Positions 27,541 through 40,507 of a stretch of 64,000 bases of DNA are shown here, piece after piece; the first letter of the stretch is position 1; every line of letters starts with the position of its first letter. The notes under the pieces were generated by a model. It was not told the DNA's origin. It made no database searches and worked only from the letters and a program-made list of their open reading frames with translations. The stretch is from the NCBI RefSeq assembly GCF_009914755.1, contig NC_060936.1, one strand, 5' to 3'. The position numbers were made by a program, and so were the translations under genes. The DNA is from the human T2T-CHM13v2.0 reference genome, Homo sapiens.

Positions 27541-29119
27541 ACTTTGTGTGAAAACTATGACACGGCTTGTATTTCCCCTTTATTGGTCTACCACTTCTTC
27601 CTCTTCCTCTTACTACGGAAATATCTCGAGACACAGGTGACTGAATCAGTCCTTGGTTGGGACTGCCTTTTGGACAGAAATGGGGTAGGGATCACTCCTG
27701 GAGACAGCTGATTCCTGCCCATCCAAAATCATTCTTGCGGTTTCTTTTTTCTGTCCGTCAATCTGTCAGGCACATGTTCCCAGAAAAAAGTCTGTATATC
27801 AGTGGATTCCTATATATTCGTAAACGTCAGGCTTATTCTTTTGTTTTTTATCTTCTTCAGTGTAATAGATTTGATGCTTCTGTACTCTGTAAGATAATTA
27901 CACAGAGCTGAATGTAATGTTACGTGCTGATGGGGAGAACTGGTGTTTTAAATTCTTTTAAATCTGGAGCTTTTATGGTCAACGTTAGAAGCACCATGGC
28001 AGACTTATGCCCTGGCTTTAGAAGCCTGTATGAGATTTTGTGACTTGCTGGCTTTATGAGACTTTTACACCTCAGATTGGCCTTTCCCTCCAAGAAAGAT
28101 ACCACCAGACAACAACAATTTTAACACTAATGTCTTCCTTTTGATTACATTAGATTTGCAAATTAAACAGATTAATAGTAGTGTTCTGTGTTCCTCTCAG
28201 CTCTTCTGTTTAATACTCTTATCTGACAAAGTGTAAATAGAAGACATAATTAATTACTCATTACTTGCATGTCAAGTTGCATAAAAAATTACATCCCCAG
28301 GAGGCCTATTATTACATATCTGACTGTTCAGTGAAATTAGTTTTGCAAAGAAAAAGCATACCTTAAGGTAAGGGTTTTGTTTGTTTTTCTTTTCTTTTTA
28401 TTTAATTTATTAGAGTATCTGCAAAAAATTGTGGAAGAACAACATTAACTCTTAATACACAATTAAAGAGATTAATTCATTTGCCCAAGGATATGTTATT
28501 TTTCCTTTTTTATTTTTTAGTTTGTCCATGAGATATTAAACTTTGCATTTGAAAGTTATAAGCTAATGATGCTTCTACAAAAGGAAGACCCCAGAATATG
28601 CCTATTGTCTCTTTAGTATATATCCCACAGAGAAAGTTATTAGTTAAGCAGGCTATGTCATACCCCCTCCTCTGTAAATTGTCTCAACCTTGAGCTGGGA
28701 AGTGTACTGCCATGACTGAAAAAAATAGAATAATTTTCCAGCCATTTCTTGTCTTATCTGTCTAGAGTTGATCTGAATGAAATGAGGTCTCTGCTTCAAC
28801 TGGAGAGCTCAGCATTTCATATTTAGCTCTCAATCTGTTTCATGATAATTTTTGAAGGAACAGACTGCTTATGACAAAATGTGCTGTACTATTATTAAAG
28901 GCATACTGCCTTTATAGAGTTCCATCACTTGAAACAAAGTGCTGGCTGGGAAGAATTCTTGAATGTGCATATCTTCTGAGGTTTTTTAACAGCTATTAAA
29001 TAAAATATAGTATGTGCCTCAGGTAAGAGAAAACCAAGTACCTGATTAAAAACAAAACAAAACAAAAAGGTCGTAGCATTGTCAATAGAGCAAAGCAGCA
29101 TAAAGCAAAGATTACCTGC

Positions 29120-29270
29120 CTGCAATCACTTAGTCACTTCACCTCTCTGTAAAAATGACAATCATAATCACCTCTACCTCGCAGGATTACTGTGAGGTCT
29201 AAATGAGCTAATCTGTGAAAGCACTTTGTAAACTGTAAAGCACAATTTAAATACATATTATCTTATTAAA
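29120..29270 (+). mobile_element. MIR
   Basis: agtcacttcacctctctgtaaaaatg...cctacctcgcaggattactgtgagg...tgtgaaagcactttgtaaactgtaaagc. Confidence 0.7.
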
Positions 29271-30671
29271 AATGTCTGCATCACCTGTTTCATTGACTCT
29301 GGGACAGAGATGTTTTCTTTTCCACATTTATGTGTATTTGTGCATGTGTGTAGTGTGTTTCGTGGAAGCCTTTAATTAACACGGTAGTACTTTCTTTTTC
29401 TTTTTATAAACTAAAGTTTGCCATACCCAAGTGCACTTTCTGTCACCTGAAGTCACAGCTTAATTATGTGTCTGGAATGACTTAATATATAAAAGTCATA
29501 AAAATTTCTGTCTAATGGCAACTATTTTTATGTTAGCCCTGTCTTTTATATACTGACCAGATCATTCTCATTAAAAATTGTTGTTTATCTAATTTCATAC
29601 CCATACCACCCAGCATTCTATTTGTACAGTGTTTTATGTCTATGATCACCAATCATCTTTCATATGTTATATTTGAGCATAATTTATTCTTTCTTTCTAT
29701 GAACATTTATAGAGCATCAATTGTGTGCCAAATACTGTGCTAATCATTCAGTGTCTCCTTGGATTTCACTTATCTGTAGGTAAAAGTGATTACATATTTA
29801 TAGTAATAACTCCAATTACAGTGCAGTTGGCTCAACCAGTACACACCCAATATCAGCCTTTTTCCTATGAAGAGCCCTCACAGGTGTTGCTCAGTGCCCA
29901 GTGGGGCTTTGCTGTGGAACCCTAGTTCTCTGCCCTTCCAGCCTCGAAGTTTTCCTGTTAGACATCTGCCCTGCTCGACCAGGTGCTACCACTGCCAATC
30001 CCAGCACCTTCCTTGATGTACCCAAAATCTTCCCATGCCTTGAAAACTAAGCCTTTCTTAGTATGTCAAGCTGTTGCTTTGGGGTTTTCTTTGTTAGTTT
30101 GGTTTTCCCATTGCAGTTTGTCAGCTGTGGGCCGATAGGTTTCTGGAATTTCAGTGTCACCAATTATTCAGGTATGTGTACCTATTCAGGTATGTGTACC
30201 AGAATAATTGTGTGTGAAGGTGTGTGAAGTCCATTTAGGCACAAGCTGGGATCTCCACTCCCGACCCCATCACATTAAAAATAGCAAAAATTACTTATCT
30301 AATTTTATCTTCCTCTCATTTGCCTTGTCCATCTTCTAGTTGAGTTGAATAAACTAGTGGACAGTGAAATAATCAAATGCAGGATAGCATACAGGAAGAT
30401 GAAAAACATAAATATAATCTAATTTTTTAAAGCCTGTGTTAAATTTCTTCTGCTTGTAAACGTTTTGAAATCTTAATTGAATATGAAAATAGATACAAGG
30501 TAAAAAGTTTATTTTTGTTTGATACTGTGCTCCATGTATTTATTTCTAATTTCCACAGTGGATGGAATATTAGAAATTATTGAAAGTCCTAATTATCTCA
30601 AACATTTGCATTTTACGTTAAATGTCCTAAATAAGCAACCATTTAATATGAATTTAAAATTAAAATTTAAA

Positions 30672-30963
30672 GGCTGGACGCGGTGGTCCATGTCTATAAT
30701 CTCAGCATTTTGGGAGGCCAAGGCGGGAGGATCACTTAAGTCCAGGAATTCCAGAATAGTTTGGGCAGTATGGCGAGACCCCTATCTCTACAAAAAATTT
30801 CAAAATTACCTGGGCATGGTGGCTCGCACCTGTAGTTCCAGCTACTTCAGAGGCTGAGATGGGAGAATCGCTTGAGCACAGGAAGTCGGGGTTGCAGTGA
30901 ACATGATTGTGCCAGTGCACTCCAGACAAGATGAAACAGCAAGACCCTGTCTCAAAAATAAAT
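30672..30963 (+). mobile_element. AluJ
   Basis: Diverged Alu with J-type ggaggatcacttaagtccagg and gaccctgtctc. Confidence 0.9.
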
Positions 30964-30972
30964 ATATATATA

Positions 30973-31250
30973 TTTTTTGAGACAGAGTCTGGAGTCTCGC
31001 TCTGTCGCCCAGGCTGGAGTGCAGTGGCGCCATCTCCGCTTACTGGAAGCTCCGCCTCCCGGGTTCGCGCCATTCTCCTGCCTCAGACCAGAGGCGCCTG
31101 CCACCACGCCCAGCTAATTTTTTGTATTTTTTAGTAGAGACGGGGTTTCACTGTGTGAGCCAGGATGGTCTCGATCTCCTGACCTCGTGATCCGCCCGCC
31201 TCGGCCTCCCAAAGTGCTGGGATTACAGGCGTGAGCCACCGCGCCCGGCC
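30973..31250 (-). mobile_element. AluY inserted antisense into the AluJ tail
   Basis: CpG-rich with Y-type aagctccgcctcccgggttc and aggatggtctcgatctcctgacctcgtgatccg; candidate TSD ataaata. Confidence 0.93.
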
Positions 31251-32557
31251 ATAAATAAACAATCTTTTTAAGAAAAGTTTCATTCTTTATAGAAACATAT
31301 CCTACGTTGAACGAGAGTTTTAATGTGAGTCTACATAATCATTGTCAGGTTCTAACTAAAAAGAAGGCAAATATAAAAACCGGCTTTGTCACTTGAAGAA
31401 CACAAGAAATAATAATGAGAACTATGCACCATTTCACAATTCTCACACTTGAACATTGTTAATGTTGAAGCCCCAGGATTATGGAAACACTGGAAATATG
31501 CCACACTGTGATCACATTCATTTTTAGAATTAATAGTAGGTATCATCCAAATGGTTCTAAAATACATTTTTTAAGTGTGAAATGTCTTTCACAAATATGG
31601 CCATGACTTTTCAGAGCACTCTTTTGCAAATAAATAATTCTGGATAGCCAAATTCTACTAGACCTCCCTATACAGAAATCTCATAAAACTCAGATAAATG
31701 CAAATAAGTCAATGAAAAGAATAGCTCTCTATCTTCCTCCTAACTCAGCCACTTAAGACTAATATTGCCTCTATTAAAGAGATGAAAGCAGATGTGGTAT
31801 ACATTATTGATATTGCTCCACATTGAAAGTTAAAACTTTTATATATGTTCTCTCAGATTATATAAAACTCATATAAAATTTACTTAATGAAGTTTTCAAA
31901 ATAGTGTATGGGAAAAAGGGTAAGTTTGTGATTTCATGGCTGTTTTCATATGCTGATCTGAATTCAATGTCGTCTCTCTCTTTTCACAAACCATCTGGGA
32001 GATTGACAAGTTGCATCTCACCAGATGGCCTACCATACCAACCTCACACTTCCATGGCACCATCCCTCCATGATAAATCCTGAAATGCTTTAATACAATG
32101 TTCCTGCTCGGGAAGAACTCCACAGCTCATGCCTTACGAACCAGTTCATCGTCACCCACTTCATTTCCCAAGGTTGAAATGGGATATGATTTCCACTGGG
32201 TGCTAAATTATTCTATGGCTCAGAGGAATTAAGTGATCCCAGCTGAATACACCACCAAGCTCCTATCATCCTATCTTTCTACAATCTCTTTTCTTATTCT
32301 CTGTTTCCCTTACTACTCCCTGGCCTATTCTTTTATAACTTACACTTTACAGAGAGATTCCATTCTTTTTTCCTCTCCTTTTCCATATACATAAATCACT
32401 GGAATGTATACTTTAAAGTGTCAGAAAGCAATGACAGTTTTGAGCTGTGGTTCATGTCTTCCTGAACCTAGCATGCAGATAGTTGATACTATACAATACA
32501 AAACTGAATTGTCTGTGTCAATTATTTTATAGTATCACTACATATTTAAAAGATACT

Positions 32558-33021
32558 ATAAAGACACATGCACACGTGTGTTTATTGTGGCACTGCTCAC
32601 AACAGCAAAGACTTGGAACCAACCTAAATGCCCATCAATGATAGACTGGATGAAGAAAATGTGGCACATATGCACCATGGTATACTATGCAGCCATAAAA
32701 AAGGATGAATTCATGTCCTTTGCAGGGACATGGATGAAGCTGGAAACCATCATTCTCAACAAACTGACACAAGAACAGAAAACCAAACACCACATGTTTG
32801 CGTTCATAAGTGGGAGTGGAACAATGAGAACATATGGACACAAGGAGGGAAACATCACACACCGGGGCCTGTCGGGGGGTGGGGGGTTAGCATTAGGAGA
32901 AATACCTAATGTTGATGATTGGTTGATGGATGCAGCAAACCACCATGGCACGTTTATACCTATGTAACAAACCTGCATGTTCTGCACATGTATCCCAGAA
33001 CTTAAAGTATAATAATAATAA
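32558..33021 (+). mobile_element. 5'-truncated L1PA (PA7/8-like) 3' end
   Basis: ORF2 C-terminal remnant (…AKTWNQPKCPSMIDW…), L1 3'UTR and (taa)n tail; TSD taaaagatact at 32547-32557 and 33022-33032. Confidence 0.95.
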
Positions 33022-34034
33022 TAAAAGATACTGTCTGGGAAGAGATTCTTAAGACCACTCATTCTTCCTTTTGCCTTTACAAATGTCAGAGAGGCACTAA
33101 AGAACAAACTGTGAAGGAAAAAGACCTGAAAAAATATCTTTTTTCCCCTAGCTTACAGATCAAATCTGACCTCAATATCTTCCCCCACTCCCTCCCCTAC
33201 TTTTCCCCTCTGAGCCTCTCTCATAAGTTTTATAAATTCTTCCAGTCATTTAGTGTTCAAGAAGAGAGTCCAAATCAGAAACTTTGCTTAATATGATAGG
33301 TCTCATTTCTCTGGTGCCTTGATCATCTTTCTTTAAATAGAGTGAATTTTAGCTTCCAAGTTATTTTTTCTTCTCTTTCTTGACTTTTAGACTTTACTGT
33401 GTCTGTATTCTCTGACAAACATATAAACTGCTTATATCTTCACCCTCATGTTTTGCATATCAAATCCAACTATCTGCTAAATTTTTCTTTTCATTTAGCA
33501 GTAACTGACTACCATAAATATACTATCACTGTAAGAACAAACCATGTCATAGAGAAGTTTGCCTCCAGGAACTTTATTTCAAATCTTTTTACTTAAGTTT
33601 TCAAAATGCTACTTTATATGTTATTTTATTTCTCCCATTGCATCCCCAGGTTGGGTCAGATGACAGTATACCTGCATCATCTTTATATGTGGATATCAGT
33701 TTCCATTTCCTATTCTCCCACATGCAGAGCTGCAAGAAGTTGTCTGCAGCTTGTTGGGCACATAAAGATCTTTATGGAACAGGCTCTGCACAATCCAACA
33801 TAATATTGACCTCAGAGAAGTTTGGTGCTTTCCTTGGGTGTGACTTTGTCGACTAGAAGATTAGCCAGTGTTTCTCAAGAATACCGAATGGTCTATTTGG
33901 TGTAGATAAAAAGAGAAATTGTGATGATTAATGAAAGAGGAATTTTTGATACGGAAAGAATAAGATTAGTTCTGTCATGAGGATAGGGAGACCAACAGCT
34001 AACTCAGTTAGTTAAAGGATAATGGAATAGAGTA

Positions 34035-34910
34035 ACATGAAAATCTGTCATCTTACTTCCCTGCTTAAAACATACAAATAGATTTTCATGGTTCTTCAGA
34101 TAATGCCCACACTTCTTCAGGGGTTTAAAGTCTTTCATGATCTGATTTATTATCACTTTGTTAGTGTCATCTCTTGTCAATTCCTCACCTTTTTATGCTG
34201 TAATCTTTCTGAATTTTTCTCTGTTCCTCACACTTGATACTCATTCTCACCTTCCTCTAATCCTTTGCATATACCATTCTCTCTGCCTGGAAAATTCCTA
34301 ACTCTACACTCTCCCCTTAACCCAACAAGTGGCTCCTCATCCTCCAGGTCTCAGCTAAGATGATACTCCATTCACAAATGCATTCCTGACCTCCTCTCCT
34401 TTAAAAATGGGAGGAGTACTCAGTTTTTTCCTCCTCCTCAGAAACCTTCCATACTCCATCCTTAATTGGCTATCTGGAAAAGTCCTGTTTATTTATCAAG
34501 ACACAACTTAAAACAGTTTTCTATTCTTTGAAACCATCCCAGCCTCACTCAAGTGTAGTTGATTCTTTTCCTTCTTAATACATCACTATAACTTGAAGAT
34601 ATGTCTATTATTAATTAAATTACACTGCTATGACAAGATTTCCCTGTATATTTATATTCCCAACCAGGCAATAAATATGATCTCCTTAAAGAAAGAGACT
34701 GTCTTATATTCACTATTATCATTTTACCCCCAAATATACTCTTTCCTCACCTGCTTATCTTACAGATGTAATTAATTTTTAGTTACCTATCTGTTACTCT
34801 GTAAGCCTTCTAAGGGAGGGACCATGTTTAATTCACCACTCTTTACCTACCACGTTTCACAAACCTTGGCACATACAGACACTCAGATAGTTTTAGAATG
34901 AATGTATGAG
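34035..34910 (+). mobile_element. L2 fragments
   Basis: Pyrimidine-rich L2 body (cctttgcatataccattctctctgcctggaa) ending gaatgaatg. Confidence 0.6.
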
Positions 34911-35283
34911 CTTGTATTTGTATACAAAAGATAAATTTTTCTGCAAGTATTAACAAAAAAGGACTGAACCAGAGACTCTTAGTAGTTTTCTGTAGCCTTT
35001 ACTAATGTTGATAATATATGATAAATTGGAGGTCATAGAAAATTCATCTGGTCTATTTAGTTACAATTCATTTGCATGGCCCCATGCAGGGCAGAGATCT
35101 AGAAAAAATAACACTTATGAAAAGTTATGACAAATAAATCAGATGAGAATACCAGATTATACAATTTACCTATGGCCCTAAACATAGTCTAATATACTTA
35201 AAAGACAGACATACTTAATATCATCTGCATACATTTTTTTTCAACAAGCATTATTTATAGATCATCTAAAATATGCTAGGCTC

Positions 35284-36231
35284 TGCTGATAGGAAAAATA
35301 ATGCATCCCAAAAGATGACCATACCCTAACCCTAACCGTAACTGTGGAAGCTGTAAATGTGTTTTCTTATATGACAAAAGAGACTTTGCTGATCGGATTA
35401 AGATTAAGGACCTTACAACAGCAAGATTATTCTGGAATTTCTAGCTGGGCTCTCCAATCACCTAGTTCCTTAAAACTAGAAGAGGAAGGTAAAAGACTAG
35501 GTCAGGGAAACGGCCACAGAGAGACTCACCCTACCATTGCTGGCTTGGAAGATGCAGGAGAAAGGGCATAAGCCAAGGTATGCAGGCAGTGGAAGGTGAT
35601 AAGCCAAGGTATGCAGGCAGTCTCTAGAATCTGGGAACAGTCCTCAGGTGACTACCAGCAAGGAAATGGCGACCTCAATCCTTGTAACAGGAAGAAACTA
35701 AATTCTGCCAACAACAGTGAAGGAGTTAAAAAAAAAAATTATAGGCCGGGCGCGGTGGCTGACGCCTGTAATCCCAGCACTTTGGGAGGCCGAGGCGGGC
35801 GGATCACGAGGTCAGGAGATCGAGACCATCCTGGCTAACACAGTGAAACCCCGTCTCTACTAAAAACACAGTGAAACCCCGTCTCTACTAAAAATACAAA
35901 AAAATTAACCGGGCGTGGTGGCGGGCGCCCGTAGTCCCAGATACTCGGGAGGCTGACGCAGGAGAATGACGTGAACCCCGGGGGGCGGAGCCTGCCGTGA
36001 GCCGAGCTCGCGCCACTGCATTCCACCCTGGGCGACAGCGAGACTCCGTCTCAAAAAAAAAAAAAAATTATAGAGCCCCTAGAAAGGAACACAACTCTTC
36101 TTCTGACACCTTGATTTTAGCCCAGTGAGACCCATGCCAGACTTCTGACCTATAGAATTGTAGGATAATACATCTGTTTCAAGTCATTATATTTGTATAA
36201 ATTTGTTGGAGCAGCAGTAGAAAACTAATGC
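35284..36231 (+). mobile_element. MLT1 (E/D-like) MaLR LTR split by an AluY
   Basis: gacaaaagagactttgctgat...attgctggcttggaagatg...gacaccttgattttagcccagtgagaccc...cagcagtagaaaactaatgca. Confidence 0.85.
35744..36062 (+). mobile_element. AluY (Ye/Yf-like) with internal 28-bp duplication
   Basis: Full-length and CpG-rich; A-rich TSD ending aaaattata on both sides. Confidence 0.95.
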
Positions 36232-37360
36232 AGCACTGGGCTAAATGCTTGGGAGAGAACAATAAAGAGCTATTCTTAATTAATGTCTCTTTTTTATGGC
36301 ATTTTTAAAGACCATAGAATAGTCTGACCTGCAAAACAGATTTATGGAACAAGTAATACCGATACAGTATAATAAAACTTATAGTAGATGTATATAAGTT
36401 TTATACTTCAAGAAATAGTGATGGAATTAAGGAAGGTGTTAAATCTATTTGGAGTGGGATCAGGGAAAATTTCAGAGAACAAACCATTTTAAGATGGGTC
36501 CTTAAGTAATAAATACTAGTTTTCCAATTGGCTAGATGGGGGTACGATTTAGTACCATGTTAAGCTAAGAAGGAGTGCAATTGGAGATGGATGAGTGATA
36601 GAAGAATGAGTGACATGAGGACTTGTTTGTCCCACAAAATGTATTTGGATGTATAATATGGAATAATTTGCATCTAGAAAGTTTGCTCCAGCTGCAAATG
36701 GGGAATGGAAGAGGGGCAACACTGTATGCAGAGACTACTACCATAGGCTGAGTAAGAAAGGATGAGGTCTCTGTTTTATAATAGCCCCCATTTATTGGAA
36801 CTTGGCTATGTGTCAGCAACTATAACAACACTTTACATATATAATTCCATTTAGTCTCTGTTAGTTAGCTCTGCAAAGCAGATGCCATTCCATCTCACAA
36901 AGAAACCAAAGTTTACACAAATGTGCCCTTAAAAAAGAAATACCCCACAAAAAGCTAACAAAAGTAGGATTCAAACCCAGTTGTTAATCACATTAAAGCC
37001 TGTGCTTTAATTCACTCTACCATGGCAGGAACAGGGAATCAATATAAGAAGACAGAAAGAGAGAGATTTAATAGGTAAAATTAACTAAGCTTATTATTGA
37101 TTACACGTAGGACAAGGGAAAGAGAGGAATTGTAGCTTACTGATAGTTTTTGGATTTGAGTTCTAGGGGAAAGGAGTTCCAGCTAAGATAGGGACCAAAG
37201 TAGAAGACACTTTCTGAGTCAGGAATAAAAGTTAAGCTTCGGATGAATTTAAGGTGTGTATTGGATAGCCAGGTAGAGATGCCCAGAAGCCAGTCTGGAA
37301 TTTAGAATTGGGACATGGACTGAAGAGAAGGATTTGAAAATCATCTACCTGTAGGTAACT
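36232..37360 (-). mobile_element. L2 fragments with an embedded MIR (~36790-37020)
   Basis: Degenerate antisense L2 and MIR motifs. Confidence 0.5.
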
Positions 37361-38669
37361 TTCATGGTCTGGAACCCTTCATATATAAATGTTGGAGAAA
37401 TCTCCTGTTTCTAATGAATAGTGAAAGAATCTATCCTTATCTGTGCTCTGAAAGAAACTTTCATCTGAGACTCCCTGAAAAGATGGCTCAGCCTAACACC
37501 AACGCTGACTACCAGACTGGGGGTGCTGGCAAAATGGCAAACTGACAGTGCCAAGGGCTTTGTCTGTGTCCTGCTTGATGAGGTCAGAACCTTGTTCCCG
37601 TGGAAGACCTACTATGTCATACAGCTCTGCTGCATTAACAGCCAGTCTGAAAGTAAATACTTTGCTTTAGACACTGTTTTTAACTGCTTAATGAGCATAC
37701 TGACTTCCCACCCTACCCCCCAATTAGCTGCATATCAATCAGTCAATTAGCAGATAGACAGCTCAGCCAAGGAACAGTGAAGGCTGGTGTTGCAACTGAT
37801 TGTTAAATCTGTCTTGAATTTGCTATTGGAAAATGAGAGAAGTTTAGGGCAAATACTGCTCCCTGTACCCCTGACTGAAATCTTCTAGACAAAATAATTG
37901 CTATCAAATATTCTGATACAGGAATTCTTGAAACTGCCTGGTTACTTTACTAGAAAGGGAAGCAGCCACTAACTGCAAAAGACTACCTCTGTTGTACCAG
38001 ATGCACAAGAAGAGATTTTCACCATTGCAGAGCTATTTATACACAGCCAACTTCTGTCCTCAGTTCACATATACACACAACTCCCATTGATATCAGTGGA
38101 AGCTGCGGACATGTGGCTGAGAACAGAATTTGGCCCACTGAGCTGCAAGGCTTGGCATTCTTTTGCTCACTATGACAACTTCAGAACTGGATCTCTTAGC
38201 ACATGTGCTTTTAGAAGAAGAGTTCTTGATTTATTTTCTTTTTTTTCCCTCCCCTCTTTATCTTGGCCTTGAAAAACAAAATGGAAACTTGAGAAACTAC
38301 TGGCAGCAATGGGTTTTTCTTGCATAGAATCAACTGTATGGCGGACTTGGAGAAACAGAGACCATACAAGTTTTTGGATTCAAAAACTTGACAAAATAGT
38401 TTTCTGTAAGTGTGCTGCCGTTCCCAGGATGCCGACTAACAGCTTGGCTTCACAGTCGTCCTTGAAATAAAAGCAAAAGATGCCATGAAACAACTTTTAC
38501 ACACGTAAAATTATTAAGTCCAATATTTAATTTACAGATGACATATTCCAGAGAATATTTGAAACCTGTCATTAATATGTACTTTTATTCTTCTTATAGG
38601 AATTGCTCTTTCTCTAGTTTAAGTGATTTTAGTGGGGCTGTCAGCAAGACTCCTGCCTCCCTGTAAGTG

Positions 38670-39057
38670 TACATGTCAGGCTAGGCAATCAGTGTATCCA
38701 GTCCTCTTGAAAACAAAAGGCCTATTAACCAAGGAGAGACAACCAGCATATGATATTTCAAAGATTATATGGAACAGGGAAACAGACTCTCCTTCCGAGG
38801 TCAGGAGATTAAAGGATACAAAGTCTTTTAGCTTTGGGGGCCAGTTTTGTACCACTTAGAGAAAAACTGCAGGTAATGAAGCCAACAGGGAGGAAAGTAA
38901 AGAAGGTAGAGGAGAAAACATTTTTATAATATTTAAATCCCTGGATCTAGCCATGCCTTACTGAATTTTCCCACTATGAACAAAAAATTAATCCCTTTAT
39001 TCTTAAACTGGTTGGAGTTGAATCTCTAATAACTGGTAACCTATAGGGATTTAACAA
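38670..39057 (+). mobile_element. Old MaLR LTR (MLT1K/L-like)
   Basis: ccctggatctagccatgcct...cttaaactggttggagttgaat 3' motifs. Confidence 0.5.
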
Positions 39058-39635
39058 AAAAACATTGCTCCTTCATTCACTCTAGAGATTTTCTCTGCCA
39101 AAATGTATTTTTTTATTGCGTGCAAACACTCAGATTTCACCATCTTTGTATATACTGAAACTTTCCTAAATAAATAACCTCAGGAAAAACATGTGATTTG
39201 CAATAACTGTGGATGCTCTTCACACCAAGAAGATAGGCAGGAAGATTATACTAGACAATGCAAACACATAATGTCTCCATGTCTCTGCTCTGTTGGGAAA
39301 GAGGAAGCCAGTGGAGGACCCTCTTTGTGGATGCACTTTGAGGAAGCACCTCATTATCTTGACTCTTGGCTGTTGCCCAGTGTGGTGCCCTGATGGAGTC
39401 TGCGCCCAGCATGTAGCTCTGGTAATGGATCCAGTGACAGGCAGACTGTGTTACAAGGTGCATTACACTTGACCAGCCATCATTACATCGGTTCTGCCCA
39501 AATTATTTGATTGACATTTTTAGAGAAAGTCAGGAACTGTTCATAATTGGTAGCCAGGAAGGCACTATTTTCAAATAAGTGAATACCAAGAATGAAAGTG
39601 TAAAGGAAGAGACTTAAAGAAATGGGAAGGTTTTC

Positions 39636-39943
<308 letters not shown>

Positions 39944-40507
39944 AAAGAAATGGGAAAGTTCTAGGGAAATGGGTCTTCTGCCATTGTGAAATTTGGATTT
40001 CACAATTTAGGATGTGTGGGCCATCCTAAAATTAGGAGAATGTGATTCAGCCTTGATACACACGAATTGGAAGAATAGCTTACATAAACAGCCTTTAGTT
40101 ACATCTATTTGGCATAGCAATGAATCTATGCAAAACCTTAACAGTTTATTGTACAGTACATTCCCATCAATTACCCAGAAAATACATGTCTTATATGTCA
40201 ATATATCATGCAGTAGATTCCCATTAATCATCCGGAAAATATGTCTTAGGAATAAGTTATCTACTGCCTGAGGAATTTAATTTAATTGTTGAAGAAATTG
40301 CCTTCAGCAGGGACTGATTTCTTGCATCATTACCAGTGAGTGTTTCCTCACATGTAATAACTGATTTTCCAGACATTCACCTTATAACTCCCATTTATGT
40401 GCAGGTTACAATATCCATTAGACATAGAAGTCCCCCTTACCACACATGAAAACACATACACCCACCTACCCACTCATCTACCCCACCCTACCCACCACAC
40501 ACACGTA

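Noticed and set aside
27988-28008. Partial REST/RE1-like agcaccatggcag
   Set aside because: Lacks the TTC start and GACAG half-site spacing of the RE1 consensus.
32578-32967. L1 ORF2/ORF1 peptides (also 44845-45444 and 63332-63753)
   Set aside because: Truncated, disrupted retroelement remnants.
35324-35341. Telomere-like ccctaaccctaaccgtaa
   Set aside because: Only three units, one imperfect, inside an MLT1 LTR; too short to call an interstitial telomeric sequence.
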